NCBI GenBank assembly: GCA_052426225.1
Contig: JBNJNM010000011.1
Span: 1,736,001-1,800,000 of the forward strand
Direction of reading: 5' to 3'
DNA length: 64,000 bases
From: Zancudomyces culisetae HAW-14-8
Lineage: Eukaryota > Fungi > Kickxellomycota
Positions within the stretch are counted from its first letter, which is position 1. Every line of letters begins with the position of its first letter. The notes beneath the pieces were generated by a model. That model did no database searches. It saw only the letters and a list, made by a program, of their open reading frames with translations, and was not told the DNA's origin. This document shows positions 51,987 through 63,611 of this stretch, in pieces. The translations under genes were made by a program, and so were the position numbers.

Positions 51987-54900
51987 ATGGAAAATGAAAC
52001 AGAAAGAGTAGAAAAATTCTCATGGGCAGAATACCTGCAAAACCAGGTGGTTCCAGTAGTTAGGACAAACAAAACCAAGGAACGTATTGCATTTTTCTCA
52101 ACCGATTTGATTTCAAAGCTCGAAGAGCATCCGATCCCAGAAAAAGCGGTAGTAGTGTTGCTTAAAGCCGTGTTTCCAACAACTAGGAAATATGTGGACA
52201 GGAAATCTCGGTTGTCAGTGCTAGGGTTTTTGAAAAAAATAGGCGAGAAGTATCCCGCAGCGATGGTTGAGGGGGTCAAGACGATAGTTGGAGCAGAGGT
52301 CGACAGGCTGTTTCCGGCTTCAGGAGTTACGACAGCGAACATCAAGGGAACTGCAGATGATAGATTCCAGCTACTGAACTGGATCAATGTGGCCATAAAG
52401 ACAGGGCTGCAGCAAGCTAGTAATAATCGAATGGACAAATTTGATTCGACACTTTCCAAATTGGTGGATTGTCAGGCTCGCTTGCTATTTGGATTATGTA
52501 GGGTTGGCGAACCGGTTGCACCTGGAGCCAAAAGTGGTGGTTCAAGTACAATTGTTGCGGGTGGCCAAGAAGGCGACGGTGCTCGAGAGGGGGGTGTTGA
52601 AGGGAGAAAAACAGACATAATGCATCAGAGCGGATTGGCAGATGTTCGAAGAGTAATACGGAGTAATCCACAGGCTATTCCAGCGTTTTTGGAAGAGTTG
52701 GCAAGTGGAAGGGGGAAGAGCGAGATGTATGGATCCGTTTTACTTGGCAATGTTGTTAGCACGGCAAATAGGCTTCGAAACAGTAACGACGGGAAGGAGG
52801 CTGTGGAAGCAAAGAAGGATGTGATATTAAAGTACATAGAAACAAACATTGTAAGTGCAAAGGCAGCGGTCCCATACTCGGCAGTTGATGCACTTGGCGA
52901 GTTTATTGGAAGTTATGTCGATGAAGCAGTGTTTAAGAACAAAATGGTTCCAGTGGCAAAGAGGATGATATTGCGGGGGCCAGAAGTGGTATTTATGGTG
53001 CTGAATTTGGTGCTTGAAAGGGTAGAATTTGATGTTGGTCCGGTATTTAAGAGCGAGTTGGCAGATAGTTTGGTACAAACAGTTTTGAAAAGCACCAATG
53101 TAATGGTCAGAAGGAACGGAGTCAAACTGTTTTTAAGAGCACTCAGTAAGAGCCAAAATGCAGAGAGCCTGATGGGGATTACAGAGATAATCCTGAAAGC
53201 GTTGAGTTCAGGAAAAGCAGTGGGAACAGCAGCGGATGCAAGATCTAGCTTTTATGAGATGCTAAGGGGGCTTGCAGCAGTTGGAAATGGAGATGTTTCC
53301 AAAAGAGTAATTGAGCAAGTACTGGTACAACTGGCTAAGGAGAGCATAGAGACATCGGTGGTTGGGTTGATCGAGATTATTGGGGTACACACCGAAGTAG
53401 TGCTGATTTGTGAAGCCAACGGGGCCAAAGATTATATAGAGACAATCAAAAAAGTGGCCGAGGCAGCGGGTAAGGTGGTGAAGCAGCAAGGTAGTAAGAG
53501 CGGGGTGGCGGTGAAGAGAGCATGGATGACCCAGGTGCTTGGTGAGCCAGTGTGGAAGGTGATGGTAGGGCAAGTAAGAAGTCTTGAGGGCACCGAAATG
53601 CTAGGCAAAGAGGCAATTGAAGTATTATCTAAGAATCAAGACGCAGGATTTAACGAGGTTGTTGAAGGGTTTATAGGGTTGGCAATATGGTTAAAACTAA
53701 GCCAGGTTCAAAAACACGATGAGCAGCGGGCACAGGCTATCAAGATAGTAAAAGGAGAGGAGAGGAAAGGCGGAGCAGTTTATTTGTATTCGGATAAAGT
53801 GTTGCATAAGGCGACGGAGGAGAGGGAGGCCATTTGGTTGATGCGAGCACTGGAGGGAATATACATGGAGCCGACGGTATATGAGGGAAATGAGTGGCAG
53901 CGAGAAAAGTTTGTAGAGGCGTTGATGACAGTGATAGAAGCAAGTAAGAGATCGCAGTGTATGGCGAATGAGGTGTGTGCGGCAGTGAATAGGATGGTAA
54001 AGAGTAATGGCGTGGAAATAGGATCTATGATAGAAAAATATGGAGTGCAGCAACTACAAAAGATCAGACAAACACCATTAAGTAGCACAAAAACAAAAGA
54101 AGATGGTGAAGAGGAAGAGCCTCAGCAGAGAGGTAAGAAAACAGAGATAGGTAGAATTTACCAAACCTTTATGGATGGTGATTATGATAAGGAGCAGAAG
54201 GCGCAGATGGCAATGCAGCTAGCACTATTAGTTCACAATGAGGAGAACGGGCAAGAAATATGGATTTCTTTGGTTCAAGAAGCAGGGTTAGATGTGCGAG
54301 AAGTCAGTTTGTTGTATAGTGACAAGTTGTTGGAAAGAGCAGTGGATGCAATTGTAAATGAGCAGGGAGAGCAAGGAGGCAGTAGATTGCTTGAGACACT
54401 GTCATTTGTGCTTGGGGAGGAAGTTATCGAGACGATATTACACAGAGCATCAAAACTGGTTAAGGAATCCAATGTCAAGAGTTTGGGATCTACAGAACAA
54501 AAGATTTGGAACACACCAGAGGGTGAGTTGGCTGCTGATTTAACAGAACTAATGCGCGAAGATTCGAAATCGCAGGGTGGAACAGGGAGTAGCGCAGAAA
54601 GGAAGTGGGAAGCAGAGGTGCGTGCGCAAATAGCACTCAAGAAGCGGGGAACACTAGGGAAGGAGGAGCAAAAGAAGGTAGATGAACAGCTGAAGGAGGA
54701 GAAAAAGATTCGAGAGCAGATTGGATGGCAGGCGAGGAAGGTGGGGGCAGCAATTGAGATGATAGCATCGATTGTACGAGGAAATGTTGACGAGGCAAAG
54801 AACTATGTGACGTTGATGTACAGAATCCTTTTGCAGGAGATAGCTGGAGAACAGGATGGCGCATGGTTGGTTGGGCAGCAGTTGCGAGCAGCAGTAGTTA

Positions 54901-57900
54901 TGATTGTTAAACAACTAGCGGAAGGAGTCAACCAGAAACACATTGTGGCGCTGGCCATGGCAATACTTCGAACCAACAGCAAAGGAAGTTATGAGTGTGT
55001 AGACGAGGAGTGGACCAAGGAACCGATCGAATTTATGGTAACACGGTTGTTGTTTTCATTGCGAATGTCTTCAGAAACTGAGGTGTTTAGCGAGACGGAT
55101 TTCGCAATAGCATTTCCATTGGTTCAAGCAACGATACAGGCAGGAGGGTATGGTGAGCAGCGAATTGAGGGAGCAGATGAGTACACAACAACAAGCCAAC
55201 GCGAGGAACAGATTGCAATGCTGGCAGAGATCATTTTGCTAAATTGGTCACGTCCACATCAGCGTGACAACCGTGAGCTGCGAGTTGAGAGTTTGCAAAG
55301 CTGTTTGGTTATAATGGAGAAGTTCTCCAGCAACAGTTTGGCAAAGGGAATTGAGGCGGTTGAAATGATATGTGCACAGACCGCAAGGATTAGCGAAGAA
55401 ATGCAAAGCAGTGTTGGAGAAGAGCGAAAGGTAGTGCTGCGAGGGTTGTTGAGTAAGGATTCAGCTATCAGAAATGGCTGCTTGGTGGGGCTACGCTATC
55501 TCAACTTTGATGATATTGACACTGGTGATGATATAGATGTTGCAGGAATTGAGCAGATAGCAGCACTATGGATTGCGACATGCGATAACGAACAAGCATC
55601 GTCATTGGCTAATAGCGAGTTGGCGACAACTTTGTTTTACACCGAATTTGAACTCGATTGCTATATTGGACAGTTGATGGAGTATCTGATTAGCAAGCGG
55701 GGATTTTTGATGCACAATGTTGTAAGTGGCGAAGCGGGTAATGAGTGGTACAACAACCGGTACATTCACAAGAGTAGTGTTAAGGCCATAGCAGAGGCAG
55801 TATCATTGCTATGGGATAGCAACGAGCGAGACAAGAACGAGTTGGCTGAATTTGTGTTGGTTGGATTGAAGGAAAGATACAGACAATACTACATATCGCT
55901 GGAGCCAGAGTTAGATCAATACGGACTGGTAATTGCAGGAACATCCAACAAAGTTGATCCATATCCAGTACGTGTAGCTATTGGCGAGACATTGGATTTG
56001 ATAATTCCAGTTATCAGCAACAACGCTAATAGCAATGATGGTGATAAAATGGCAATTACACATGTTATGGACTTTTTGTTAAATGACAAGGCACTAGGAG
56101 ATCGGGACGAGCAGGTTCGCGATGTGATGCTGAAGTTGGGAACAACATTGGTTAAGAGCTATGGTGAAGGATCGCAGTCGAGCGAGATAGGACATCGGTT
56201 GGAGACATGGCTAAACAGCACGGCGAGTGGAGCTGGAAGTGATGAAGTGCACGATGTGATGAAGGAGTCAGTAGTAGTGTTGCTAGGAACACTTGCCAGC
56301 TATTTACCAGAAGACAACGGTGCCAACGATGGACGAGTAAAGAGCGCAATCCAGAATTTGACGGCATGTTTACATACGCCATCCGAGTCTGTGCAAATGG
56401 CAGTGGCCAATTGTTTAGTACCGCTAGTCAAACGCATTAATACCAAAGACGAACAGTTTGTTGGTGAGTTGATCAAGCAGCTGTTGAGCGAATTGACAGT
56501 AGGTAAGAAATATGGAATCCGTAGAGGTGCAGCTTATGGACTTGCTGGAGTAGTTAAGGGTGGTGGGTTGGTAGTGTTGCGCAACCACGATATTGTTAAG
56601 AAGCTGCGTAACTTTGCCAACGACAAAAAGAGCATCAGTACACGACAAGGGGCATTGTTTGGTGTGGAAACATTGTCAATAATGCTTGGAAGGTTGTTTG
56701 AGCCGTATATGATTCAGATTCTCCCAGTGCTACTCAGACTGTTTGGTGACTCGAGTGCGGATGTCCGTGAGGCAACATCTGACGCAGCCAAGGCAATTAT
56801 GGGTCAGTTGAGTGGATACGGTGTCAAGTTGGTGGTTCCATCGCTGCTAAATGGGTTATCGAGCGAAAGTCCATGGAGAACCAAAGTCGGAAGTATTGAA
56901 ATGCTTGGATCGATGGCATTCTGTGCGCCCAAACAACTATCGTCTGCATTACCCGCCATTGTACCTGATTTGGTTGAATCGCTATCTGATACACATATTA
57001 ACGTTTCTCAGGCAGCCAAACAAGCATTGGCGAATTTCGGGCAGGTGATTCAGAACCCTGAGATCATTGATATGGTACCACATTTGCTGCTGGCACTGGA
57101 AGACCCAGCAAACAAGACATCCCCTGCTCTGTCACGACTAATCAATACTGCATTTGTTCATTATGTCGATGCCCCATCGCTGGCCCTGATCGCACCAGTA
57201 TTGGAGCGTGGGCTCAAGGAACGCAAGACTATTGATAAACGACAAGCAGCCCAAGTGTTTGGATCATTGGCTGTCTTGAGTGAACCCAACGATCTTGTGT
57301 TGTACTTGCCTAAAGTTATGCCGTTGCTGATTGATGTACTTGCCGACCCTGTTCCTGAAACACGTGCCACTGTTGCCAAAGCATTGGGCAAACTGGTGTC
57401 CAAGTTGGGTGAGGAACGTTTCCCAACGCTGGTCGATGATTTGCTGGAAACACTGCAGAGCAAAGTATCTGGAATGGATCGTGCTGGTGCTGCCCAAGCG
57501 CTTAGTGAAGTCGTTTACGGTATTGAATTAAGCACAGAGGTCGACGAACAAGTTACAGATGATCGACTGACAGCACTGGTCGATATGACCCTGCAAAAGG
57601 GCTGCACCAGTTCACTGTTTTATGTCCGCGAAGGTTTTATGACTCTGTTGATGTATTTGCCGTCCACCTTTGGTGACCGCTTTGTGGTATATCTAGACCG
57701 TGTTGTCAACCCAGTGCTGCGAGGATTGGCCGATGAATCTGAGCACGTACGTTCGGCGGCTTTGAAGGCTGGTCAAACACTTGTCGCCTTCTACCACAAG
57801 GACGAGGTCGCTCGACAACAACTATTGTCCGAGCTGCTGAATGGTTTGATGAATGACAGCTGGCGAATCCGCAAGGCCAGTGTTGAGTTATTGGGCGATT

Positions 57901-60900
57901 TGTTGATGAAGGTGTTGGGCCATGTAGCTCTTGGCAGTGGTCTTTTAGGATCATCGTCACAGCTTGGTAATACATTATTTGATGAAGATGAGGATAACGA
58001 AGAAGAAATAATGAACCAACTGAGCCAACTGGGTGCTAACAATACCGTCAACAATGCCAGTGGTCTGTTGGCCCAAACCTTTGGCGAGTCACAGCGCAAC
58101 TATATCTTTGCATCGCTGTACATTACCCGCAACGATGTAGTGGCATCGGTCCGCCAAGCCAGCACATTGGTGTGGAAGGCATTGATAGTCAACACGCCAC
58201 GCACAATCAAGGAGTGCCTCGAACCGCTGGTCAACCTGGTGCTCGATGCGCTTGGCTCGGCATCGCACGACCGCCGCACCTCGGCTGGCCTGACACTGGG
58301 AGACTTGGTGCGTAAGTTGGATGGTGGTGTTACCGATAGCAGCCATAGCATTATAGTGTCCAAGGTTATTCCGATATTTGGCGGTATTATTTCCGACCCC
58401 TTATCGATTCCTAGCAAGCGGCAAGGTGTGTTTGTTGGGTTGACTGAAATCTTGTCAACTAGCCGTGTGACTGACTATGGAGCCACCATTACTCCGCTTA
58501 TTCGTGTTGGGCTCGGTGATGGAGACCAGCAAGTGCGTGAAGCTGCAGTATTGGCGTTTGATGCGCTACAACTTGTTTTGGGTCCTAAAGTCTTTGACGA
58601 GATTGTTCCGCACTTATTGGATGCGTTGTCTAGCGAACAGCATGAAGACAGCCGTGCAGCTCTTGATGCTTTGACTCAATTGGTATCTATCAAACCTACT
58701 TTATTGATTCCAGTATTGGTTCCTATTCTGATCAAGGAAGAGCCGATTCCTATTGTTCACATCAAGACACTCCAGGCTTTGCTTTCAAACTCGACTAATT
58801 CCAGCAGCGTGACACTTCTCTCTTTGCTTCAACAACAGCGCAAGCTTGTAAACATTCTTTCGGCATTATTCAACTCTTATGGCAGTAGTGATGCCGACCA
58901 ACCTGAGTATAATGACGCGATTAACGACATTCTCAAATCCATTTCTACCAACTGCGCAAAGGATACCAATGGTGTACTGATCGATATGTTTATGGGCTTC
59001 CTCTTTGATATGGCCAATTCGTCTATTAAACAACTATCCGACGACCTTGACAACAACAGCCTTAGTCGTGTGACATTAGCGTTTTTCTGTATCGATTCGA
59101 TCTATACAAACTGTTCCCAACACGGGTTCCACAATATGAATAAATATACCATTGAATGGCTCAATGTTACACTTTCTTTGCTTGTGGAATCCTCAACCGC
59201 TGACATGAACATGTCATTTATTCCTTCCACTCTAACCAAGCTTTGTGCAAGCATCCAGAAACCAAACATTGCTAAACATGCTCCTATTTTCCAACGAACA
59301 ATATCCCAATCATATGCACAAAGAAACTCTGCCAGAACCAAATCACAACGGCAACAAACTTCGTCAGAATCAAATGATACCTTTGTACATGGCTTTACTC
59401 TTCCAAAGATTTTGACACCTATTTTGGCAATCTACAACTATACGCTACTTGAATCTCGTACCGAAGAACACCAAGAAAAAGAAGCGGCTATTGCAGGAAT
59501 TATCGATCTCATCAACTATACAAATCCAACAACTCTGGCGCTATATGTCACCAGCGGTATTACTGGCCCACTCATTCGTTTCTTGTCTGAGCGCTCCAAT
59601 ATTTCTTCTTCCGCATCGGCTTCAACTTCCTCCTCAGGTTCAACTTCCATTATGTCATCCAGTGCTGCAAATGCAGCAGCACTTGAAGCTGCAGCAAATG
59701 CTGTCAGGGCAAATGTCATCTACGCACTGTCGTTGTTGTTGGAAAAGACTTCCAAAAACATGCGGCCATTCTTGCCACAGCTACAGCGTACGTTTGTTAA
59801 GTTTTTGGTCGTTCCTCCAGCATCACTTTCAAATCCAGCTTCATCGACTTTTGCAGGCTCCATTTCTAGTGGTGAAAGCACAGTAAAAGCTAGATGTCAG
59901 TTGGGATTGGAGAAATTGGTTGGATTGCAACCTAGACTTGACCCACTTGTCACTGAGCTTGTCAATATCATTCGAACATATCTCAGCTATCCCTCATCAG
60001 CACTTGCAAAATCCAGCTGCGTCATTGCTGTCAACGTGCTTCGTTCCATCCTTACCCATGTCAATAGCTCTGGACTCACCCTAAGCGATGCCAGTAGACT
60101 TTCCATTGAACAGCTGTTTGTCTTTGGATCCAGCGATACTTCCTCTGCTTCTGAAGAAGCTGGTGAAACCGCTACTACTACTACCACTACTGGCCAAAGG
60201 GCTGCAAATTTGTTATCTTTGACTTCGTCCTCCACCTCATCATCTTCAATTTCATCTCCATTATCTGGTGATGCTCATGATACCGATTCTTTGCAAGTTG
60301 CTGTTACTAATATCCTTCCTGTCATTTTCTTGTCCTCTTCCTCTTCCTCTTCTTCTGCCACAACAAAACCAACAACAACAACATCAACGGCTAGTGGTAG
60401 TGCTGCCTCTTCTTCATTATTTAAACATCTTAAACTTACTACCCCAGACGATCTCAGTTCATCGAACACTTCTGCACTAACTTCAAAGCTACTTCTCAAT
60501 ATCTCAGTCCTCTCCTCACTCACAAAGACATCGTCAACTTCATCAGCTACATCATCAAATGATGAATTGTTGACTTTAATATTCTGCAATCTACAATTGC
60601 TATTTACCACCAGGTACAATAATTCCGAAGTAGTGACTTCAATAATTTCTGACGATAAACAGTTTTCTGCATTTGTAAAGAGTTTGGAACTCTTCAAACT
60701 ATACTTTGCTCTCAAAACTCCAACCGCAAATACAGCTGAACCTGCAAATCAACCATCATCATCATCATTGTTGGAAACCACCATCAAAAATGTCTTTTTG
60801 CCATCCTTGGCTCTTTCCTCAACAACTGCCATTACCACTTCGACAAGCTACAATGCACTATTTGTACAATTGGTCAATGTGCTCAAGTATCTAGCCAAAC

Positions 60901-61283
60901 ACACCGCTTCCACCACCTCTACTCCATCAAATGTCTTGTACGACTGTTTGCCCACAAACCTATACTACGAAATCATTAACTCTGTCTTTGATTTTGTACG
61001 TTCTCACCATATCCCCCTCAAATTTGCCTCCGAACGCTGTTTGCTTTACTTGCTTTTCCTCAAATCCAATACTTCCACTCCAAATCCAGCCGATGGTGCA
61101 GGAAATCGTGTGTTTGATGCGTTTGTTGCCCACTGTTTTGCTGATGAGCTGACAGCTTCTAGTAGTGCGTCGGTAGCTATGGGACTGAAAAAGAAGAAGA
61201 AATTGGTTGTTGACTATTACTCCCGGGTTTTGTCCAAATTGTCTGTTTCTACTGAAGATCCTGATTATGTAGATTCTGATTAA
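51987..61283 (+). CDS. GCN1: eIF2-alpha kinase activator Gcn1 (HEAT repeats), about 3098 aa
   Basis: RRGAAYGLAGVVKG, LGRLFEPY, WRTKVGSIEMLGSMAFCAPKQLS, TAFVHYVDAPSLALIAP, ITGPLIR, MRPFLPQLQRTFVK. First ATG at 51987. Confidence 0.95.
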   Translation: MENETERVEKFSWAEYLQNQVVPVVRTNKTKERIAFFSTDLISKLEEHPIPEKAVVVLLKAVFPTTRKYVDRKSRLSVLGFLKKIGEKYPAAMVEGVKTIVGAEVDRLFPASGVTTANIKGTADDRFQLLNWINVAIKTGLQQASNNRMDKFDSTLSKLVDCQARLLFGLCRVGEPVAPGAKSGGSSTIVAGGQEGDGAREGGVEGRKTDIMHQSGLADVRRVIRSNPQAIPAFLEELASGRGKSEMYGSVLLGNVVSTANRLRNSNDGKEAVEAKKDVILKYIETNIVSAKAAVPYSAVDALGEFIGSYVDEAVFKNKMVPVAKRMILRGPEVVFMVLNLVLERVEFDVGPVFKSELADSLVQTVLKSTNVMVRRNGVKLFLRALSKSQNAESLMGITEIILKALSSGKAVGTAADARSSFYEMLRGLAAVGNGDVSKRVIEQVLVQLAKESIETSVVGLIEIIGVHTEVVLICEANGAKDYIETIKKVAEAAGKVVKQQGSKSGVAVKRAWMTQVLGEPVWKVMVGQVRSLEGTEMLGKEAIEVLSKNQDAGFNEVVEGFIGLAIWLKLSQVQKHDEQRAQAIKIVKGEERKGGAVYLYSDKVLHKATEEREAIWLMRALEGIYMEPTVYEGNEWQREKFVEALMTVIEASKRSQCMANEVCAAVNRMVKSNGVEIGSMIEKYGVQQLQKIRQTPLSSTKTKEDGEEEEPQQRGKKTEIGRIYQTFMDGDYDKEQKAQMAMQLALLVHNEENGQEIWISLVQEAGLDVREVSLLYSDKLLERAVDAIVNEQGEQGGSRLLETLSFVLGEEVIETILHRASKLVKESNVKSLGSTEQKIWNTPEGELAADLTELMREDSKSQGGTGSSAERKWEAEVRAQIALKKRGTLGKEEQKKVDEQLKEEKKIREQIGWQARKVGAAIEMIASIVRGNVDEAKNYVTLMYRILLQEIAGEQDGAWLVGQQLRAAVVMIVKQLAEGVNQKHIVALAMAILRTNSKGSYECVDEEWTKEPIEFMVTRLLFSLRMSSETEVFSETDFAIAFPLVQATIQAGGYGEQRIEGADEYTTTSQREEQIAMLAEIILLNWSRPHQRDNRELRVESLQSCLVIMEKFSSNSLAKGIEAVEMICAQTARISEEMQSSVGEERKVVLRGLLSKDSAIRNGCLVGLRYLNFDDIDTGDDIDVAGIEQIAALWIATCDNEQASSLANSELATTLFYTEFELDCYIGQLMEYLISKRGFLMHNVVSGEAGNEWYNNRYIHKSSVKAIAEAVSLLWDSNERDKNELAEFVLVGLKERYRQYYISLEPELDQYGLVIAGTSNKVDPYPVRVAIGETLDLIIPVISNNANSNDGDKMAITHVMDFLLNDKALGDRDEQVRDVMLKLGTTLVKSYGEGSQSSEIGHRLETWLNSTASGAGSDEVHDVMKESVVVLLGTLASYLPEDNGANDGRVKSAIQNLTACLHTPSESVQMAVANCLVPLVKRINTKDEQFVGELIKQLLSELTVGKKYGIRRGAAYGLAGVVKGGGLVVLRNHDIVKKLRNFANDKKSISTRQGALFGVETLSIMLGRLFEPYMIQILPVLLRLFGDSSADVREATSDAAKAIMGQLSGYGVKLVVPSLLNGLSSESPWRTKVGSIEMLGSMAFCAPKQLSSALPAIVPDLVESLSDTHINVSQAAKQALANFGQVIQNPEIIDMVPHLLLALEDPANKTSPALSRLINTAFVHYVDAPSLALIAPVLERGLKERKTIDKRQAAQVFGSLAVLSEPNDLVLYLPKVMPLLIDVLADPVPETRATVAKALGKLVSKLGEERFPTLVDDLLETLQSKVSGMDRAGAAQALSEVVYGIELSTEVDEQVTDDRLTALVDMTLQKGCTSSLFYVREGFMTLLMYLPSTFGDRFVVYLDRVVNPVLRGLADESEHVRSAALKAGQTLVAFYHKDEVARQQLLSELLNGLMNDSWRIRKASVELLGDLLMKVLGHVALGSGLLGSSSQLGNTLFDEDEDNEEEIMNQLSQLGANNTVNNASGLLAQTFGESQRNYIFASLYITRNDVVASVRQASTLVWKALIVNTPRTIKECLEPLVNLVLDALGSASHDRRTSAGLTLGDLVRKLDGGVTDSSHSIIVSKVIPIFGGIISDPLSIPSKRQGVFVGLTEILSTSRVTDYGATITPLIRVGLGDGDQQVREAAVLAFDALQLVLGPKVFDEIVPHLLDALSSEQHEDSRAALDALTQLVSIKPTLLIPVLVPILIKEEPIPIVHIKTLQALLSNSTNSSSVTLLSLLQQQRKLVNILSALFNSYGSSDADQPEYNDAINDILKSISTNCAKDTNGVLIDMFMGFLFDMANSSIKQLSDDLDNNSLSRVTLAFFCIDSIYTNCSQHGFHNMNKYTIEWLNVTLSLLVESSTADMNMSFIPSTLTKLCASIQKPNIAKHAPIFQRTISQSYAQRNSARTKSQRQQTSSESNDTFVHGFTLPKILTPILAIYNYTLLESRTEEHQEKEAAIAGIIDLINYTNPTTLALYVTSGITGPLIRFLSERSNISSSASASTSSSGSTSIMSSSAANAAALEAAANAVRANVIYALSLLLEKTSKNMRPFLPQLQRTFVKFLVVPPASLSNPASSTFAGSISSGESTVKARCQLGLEKLVGLQPRLDPLVTELVNIIRTYLSYPSSALAKSSCVIAVNVLRSILTHVNSSGLTLSDASRLSIEQLFVFGSSDTSSASEEAGETATTTTTTGQRAANLLSLTSSSTSSSSISSPLSGDAHDTDSLQVAVTNILPVIFLSSSSSSSSATTKPTTTTSTASGSAASSSLFKHLKLTTPDDLSSSNTSALTSKLLLNISVLSSLTKTSSTSSATSSNDELLTLIFCNLQLLFTTRYNNSEVVTSIISDDKQFSAFVKSLELFKLYFALKTPTANTAEPANQPSSSSLLETTIKNVFLPSLALSSTTAITTSTSYNALFVQLVNVLKYLAKHTASTTSTPSNVLYDCLPTNLYYEIINSVFDFVRSHHIPLKFASERCLLYLLFLKSNTSTPNPADGAGNRVFDAFVAHCFADELTASSSASVAMGLKKKKKLVVDYYSRVLSKLSVSTEDPDYVDSD

Positions 61284-62630
61284 TTGTTGTTTTTTTCCCG
61301 CCTTTTTATTCATTTACTCTGTTGTTTTTTGTTTATCCATACTTTATCAAACTATAATATATTACACCCCCCCCCACCAGGTCCAAAAATGTTCAAATAT
61401 ATATGTATTGAATTACGACTGTAACTACTAATTCTCTTCGTTCTTTCTTTATATAACTTTATTTAGTAATCTATAACACACCATAAATAATGGGCGATAG
61501 GTAGCTGGAAAAATTCGTAGTGGTTTGTTCAAGGTAGTGTGAGTAAAGAGAATGTTGGAAACAATGATAAAAGCTTAAACAGGCTTGCGTATGAATGTGC
61601 GCAAGGAGTAGAAGCAAACACTAGTATATAGTGGTAACACACTTGGATTACACATTATAAGGTTATAAGGCTATAAGAATGGCAAAAACAATAATCGACA
61701 AATGAGTCTGGAATTCCATAGAAAAAAATGACTGAAATAATAGCCTGTTAATTGCTAGGCTTTGTATAGTACAGCTTTAACTGTATTAAAATATAAATTC
61801 TAGGTATCCAGAGAACCTCTGCATCGGAAATATATTTCAATATTGTTCAAAGCGAGTATCCTGGTATAGGTTGCAGAAAGTGCACCCTTTTAAAAAAAAT
61901 AAAGCAGATGGACGCAACCAGGCATGTAGCATAAGTTTACTTTTAGTCATGGTTATGGTTGTGGTCGTGTTCTATTCAAAGCTAGATACGGATATGACTG
62001 TATATAAGAAGCCTGTATTTGCGCAAATGTACTTTATTTTGCGATACATCAATTAACATAACTCTCCTTGCTTATACAAAAAAAAACGAACTAATAATAT
62101 GTATATACTCATTGGTCAAAGCTAAAGACGAATCGAAGATAAAATATCTGATACATACTTTCGCTCAACTAGTGGATCATAGAAACATGTGCGGGGGGTT
62201 GTAATTTGTGTTCATATTGTAAATACCAATAAAGTGAGATTATTTTAGTAGATGGTACACGTATGTCTAAGCAATTGTGTGTAGTGTTAATAGTAAACCA
62301 ATACATCCTCTTGAGAATGAACAGACCAACAACCTGCGAAAAAGGATAATTAAAAAAACCAGAATAGAGGATAAACATGTGTATTTGAGAACTATCAGTA
62401 ACTGTCTAGCAGTTCATTATCTTTCTTTTTAAACGTTTTTATATTCACGTATAATAATAATTATCGCAGAGTTAGTATATACTAATAAAGTGAACAACAG
62501 TATATTATCAAAGTCGAAGCCTACATCATGAGCGATAATAGTAGAAACGTCAAGGAAAGATAATAAATAGAAAAAAACTGACCAATTTATAGAAAACAAA
62601 AAGGAAAGAAAGGGATATAATGTACAAAGT

Positions 62631-63611
62631 ATGGAATCAAGGGATCGAACTATTACTGCAAGGGTGCTCTGGTCAACATACTTATCGATAGTATTAAGTA
62701 TTTGCCTAGCCACGGTTGGTTGGTATCTACTTTTGCTTCTAATAGATAGAAAACCAGTAAATAGAATAATAATTAGACAAGTAATCATAATACAAGTAGC
62801 AGGTATTACCAGGCTAACAGCATATTTGATTTTACTGAATCTAAGTGGAGATTCGAACTTTTGTAGAGATTTGAAAATCATATTTGGGTATTTTTCTACA
62901 CTTCAAGTGTTCATTGAGATAACGCTTGTATTCCACTTGTTGTTGGTATTTAAGTATCATAAGAAAAAAGTAAACCGACTTGAAATAGTATACTATATAA
63001 TTTCACCCATACTGGCCGGTCTATCGATTTTGCAATTTCTGATACCTGGAAAAGAAACTACAAAGTTGCTAAAAGTATGCGGCTATCTCTACCTATCAGT
63101 AGGCACTGGGTTTGAAACAATTGTAATTTCGTATTACCTCACGGATATAATTGGGGGTATTTTGTCTATCATATTTTTAATAATGTTGTTTGTTAACATC
63201 GCAAAGCGGCATACTCCACCAGTTGCCAGGACGGAAGGGCGATTCACGCTGGGTTCACAGCTCTCAGAACTCAACCACAGATACAATAACTCGGTTATTC
63301 GGCGTCTATTCTTTAGGCTTCTATGGTATCCAATACTTCCTGTCACAGCGTTGGTGATTGCTGGGATATGTGCAATTATTGAAGCCGCAGGAAGTAAAGT
63401 ACCGGATGTTGTATATACGCTTCAGCTTGTACTATCGTCACTGGGAGAGGTCGGACTTGCGTATTTTTTTTTTACAGATCCGATTATTAAACGAACCCTG
63501 CGGGATGATAGAGAGTGGTATAACCTGAAGAGTTGGGTATTCGAGACTTTCTATAAACGTGAAAATGAAGTTAGAGCTGATCAGCTCTCAGAAAACCCGT
63601 ACAACGAATAG
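62631..63611 (+). CDS. 7TM GPCR-like protein, paralogue 4
   Basis: NRIIIRQVIIIQ, SNFC, VCGY, RLLWYP, DPIIKRTLRDDRE. Confidence 0.8.
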   Translation: MESRDRTITARVLWSTYLSIVLSICLATVGWYLLLLLIDRKPVNRIIIRQVIIIQVAGITRLTAYLILLNLSGDSNFCRDLKIIFGYFSTLQVFIEITLVFHLLLVFKYHKKKVNRLEIVYYIISPILAGLSILQFLIPGKETTKLLKVCGYLYLSVGTGFETIVISYYLTDIIGGILSIIFLIMLFVNIAKRHTPPVARTEGRFTLGSQLSELNHRYNNSVIRRLFFRLLWYPILPVTALVIAGICAIIEAAGSKVPDVVYTLQLVLSSLGEVGLAYFFFTDPIIKRTLRDDREWYNLKSWVFETFYKRENEVRADQLSENPYNE

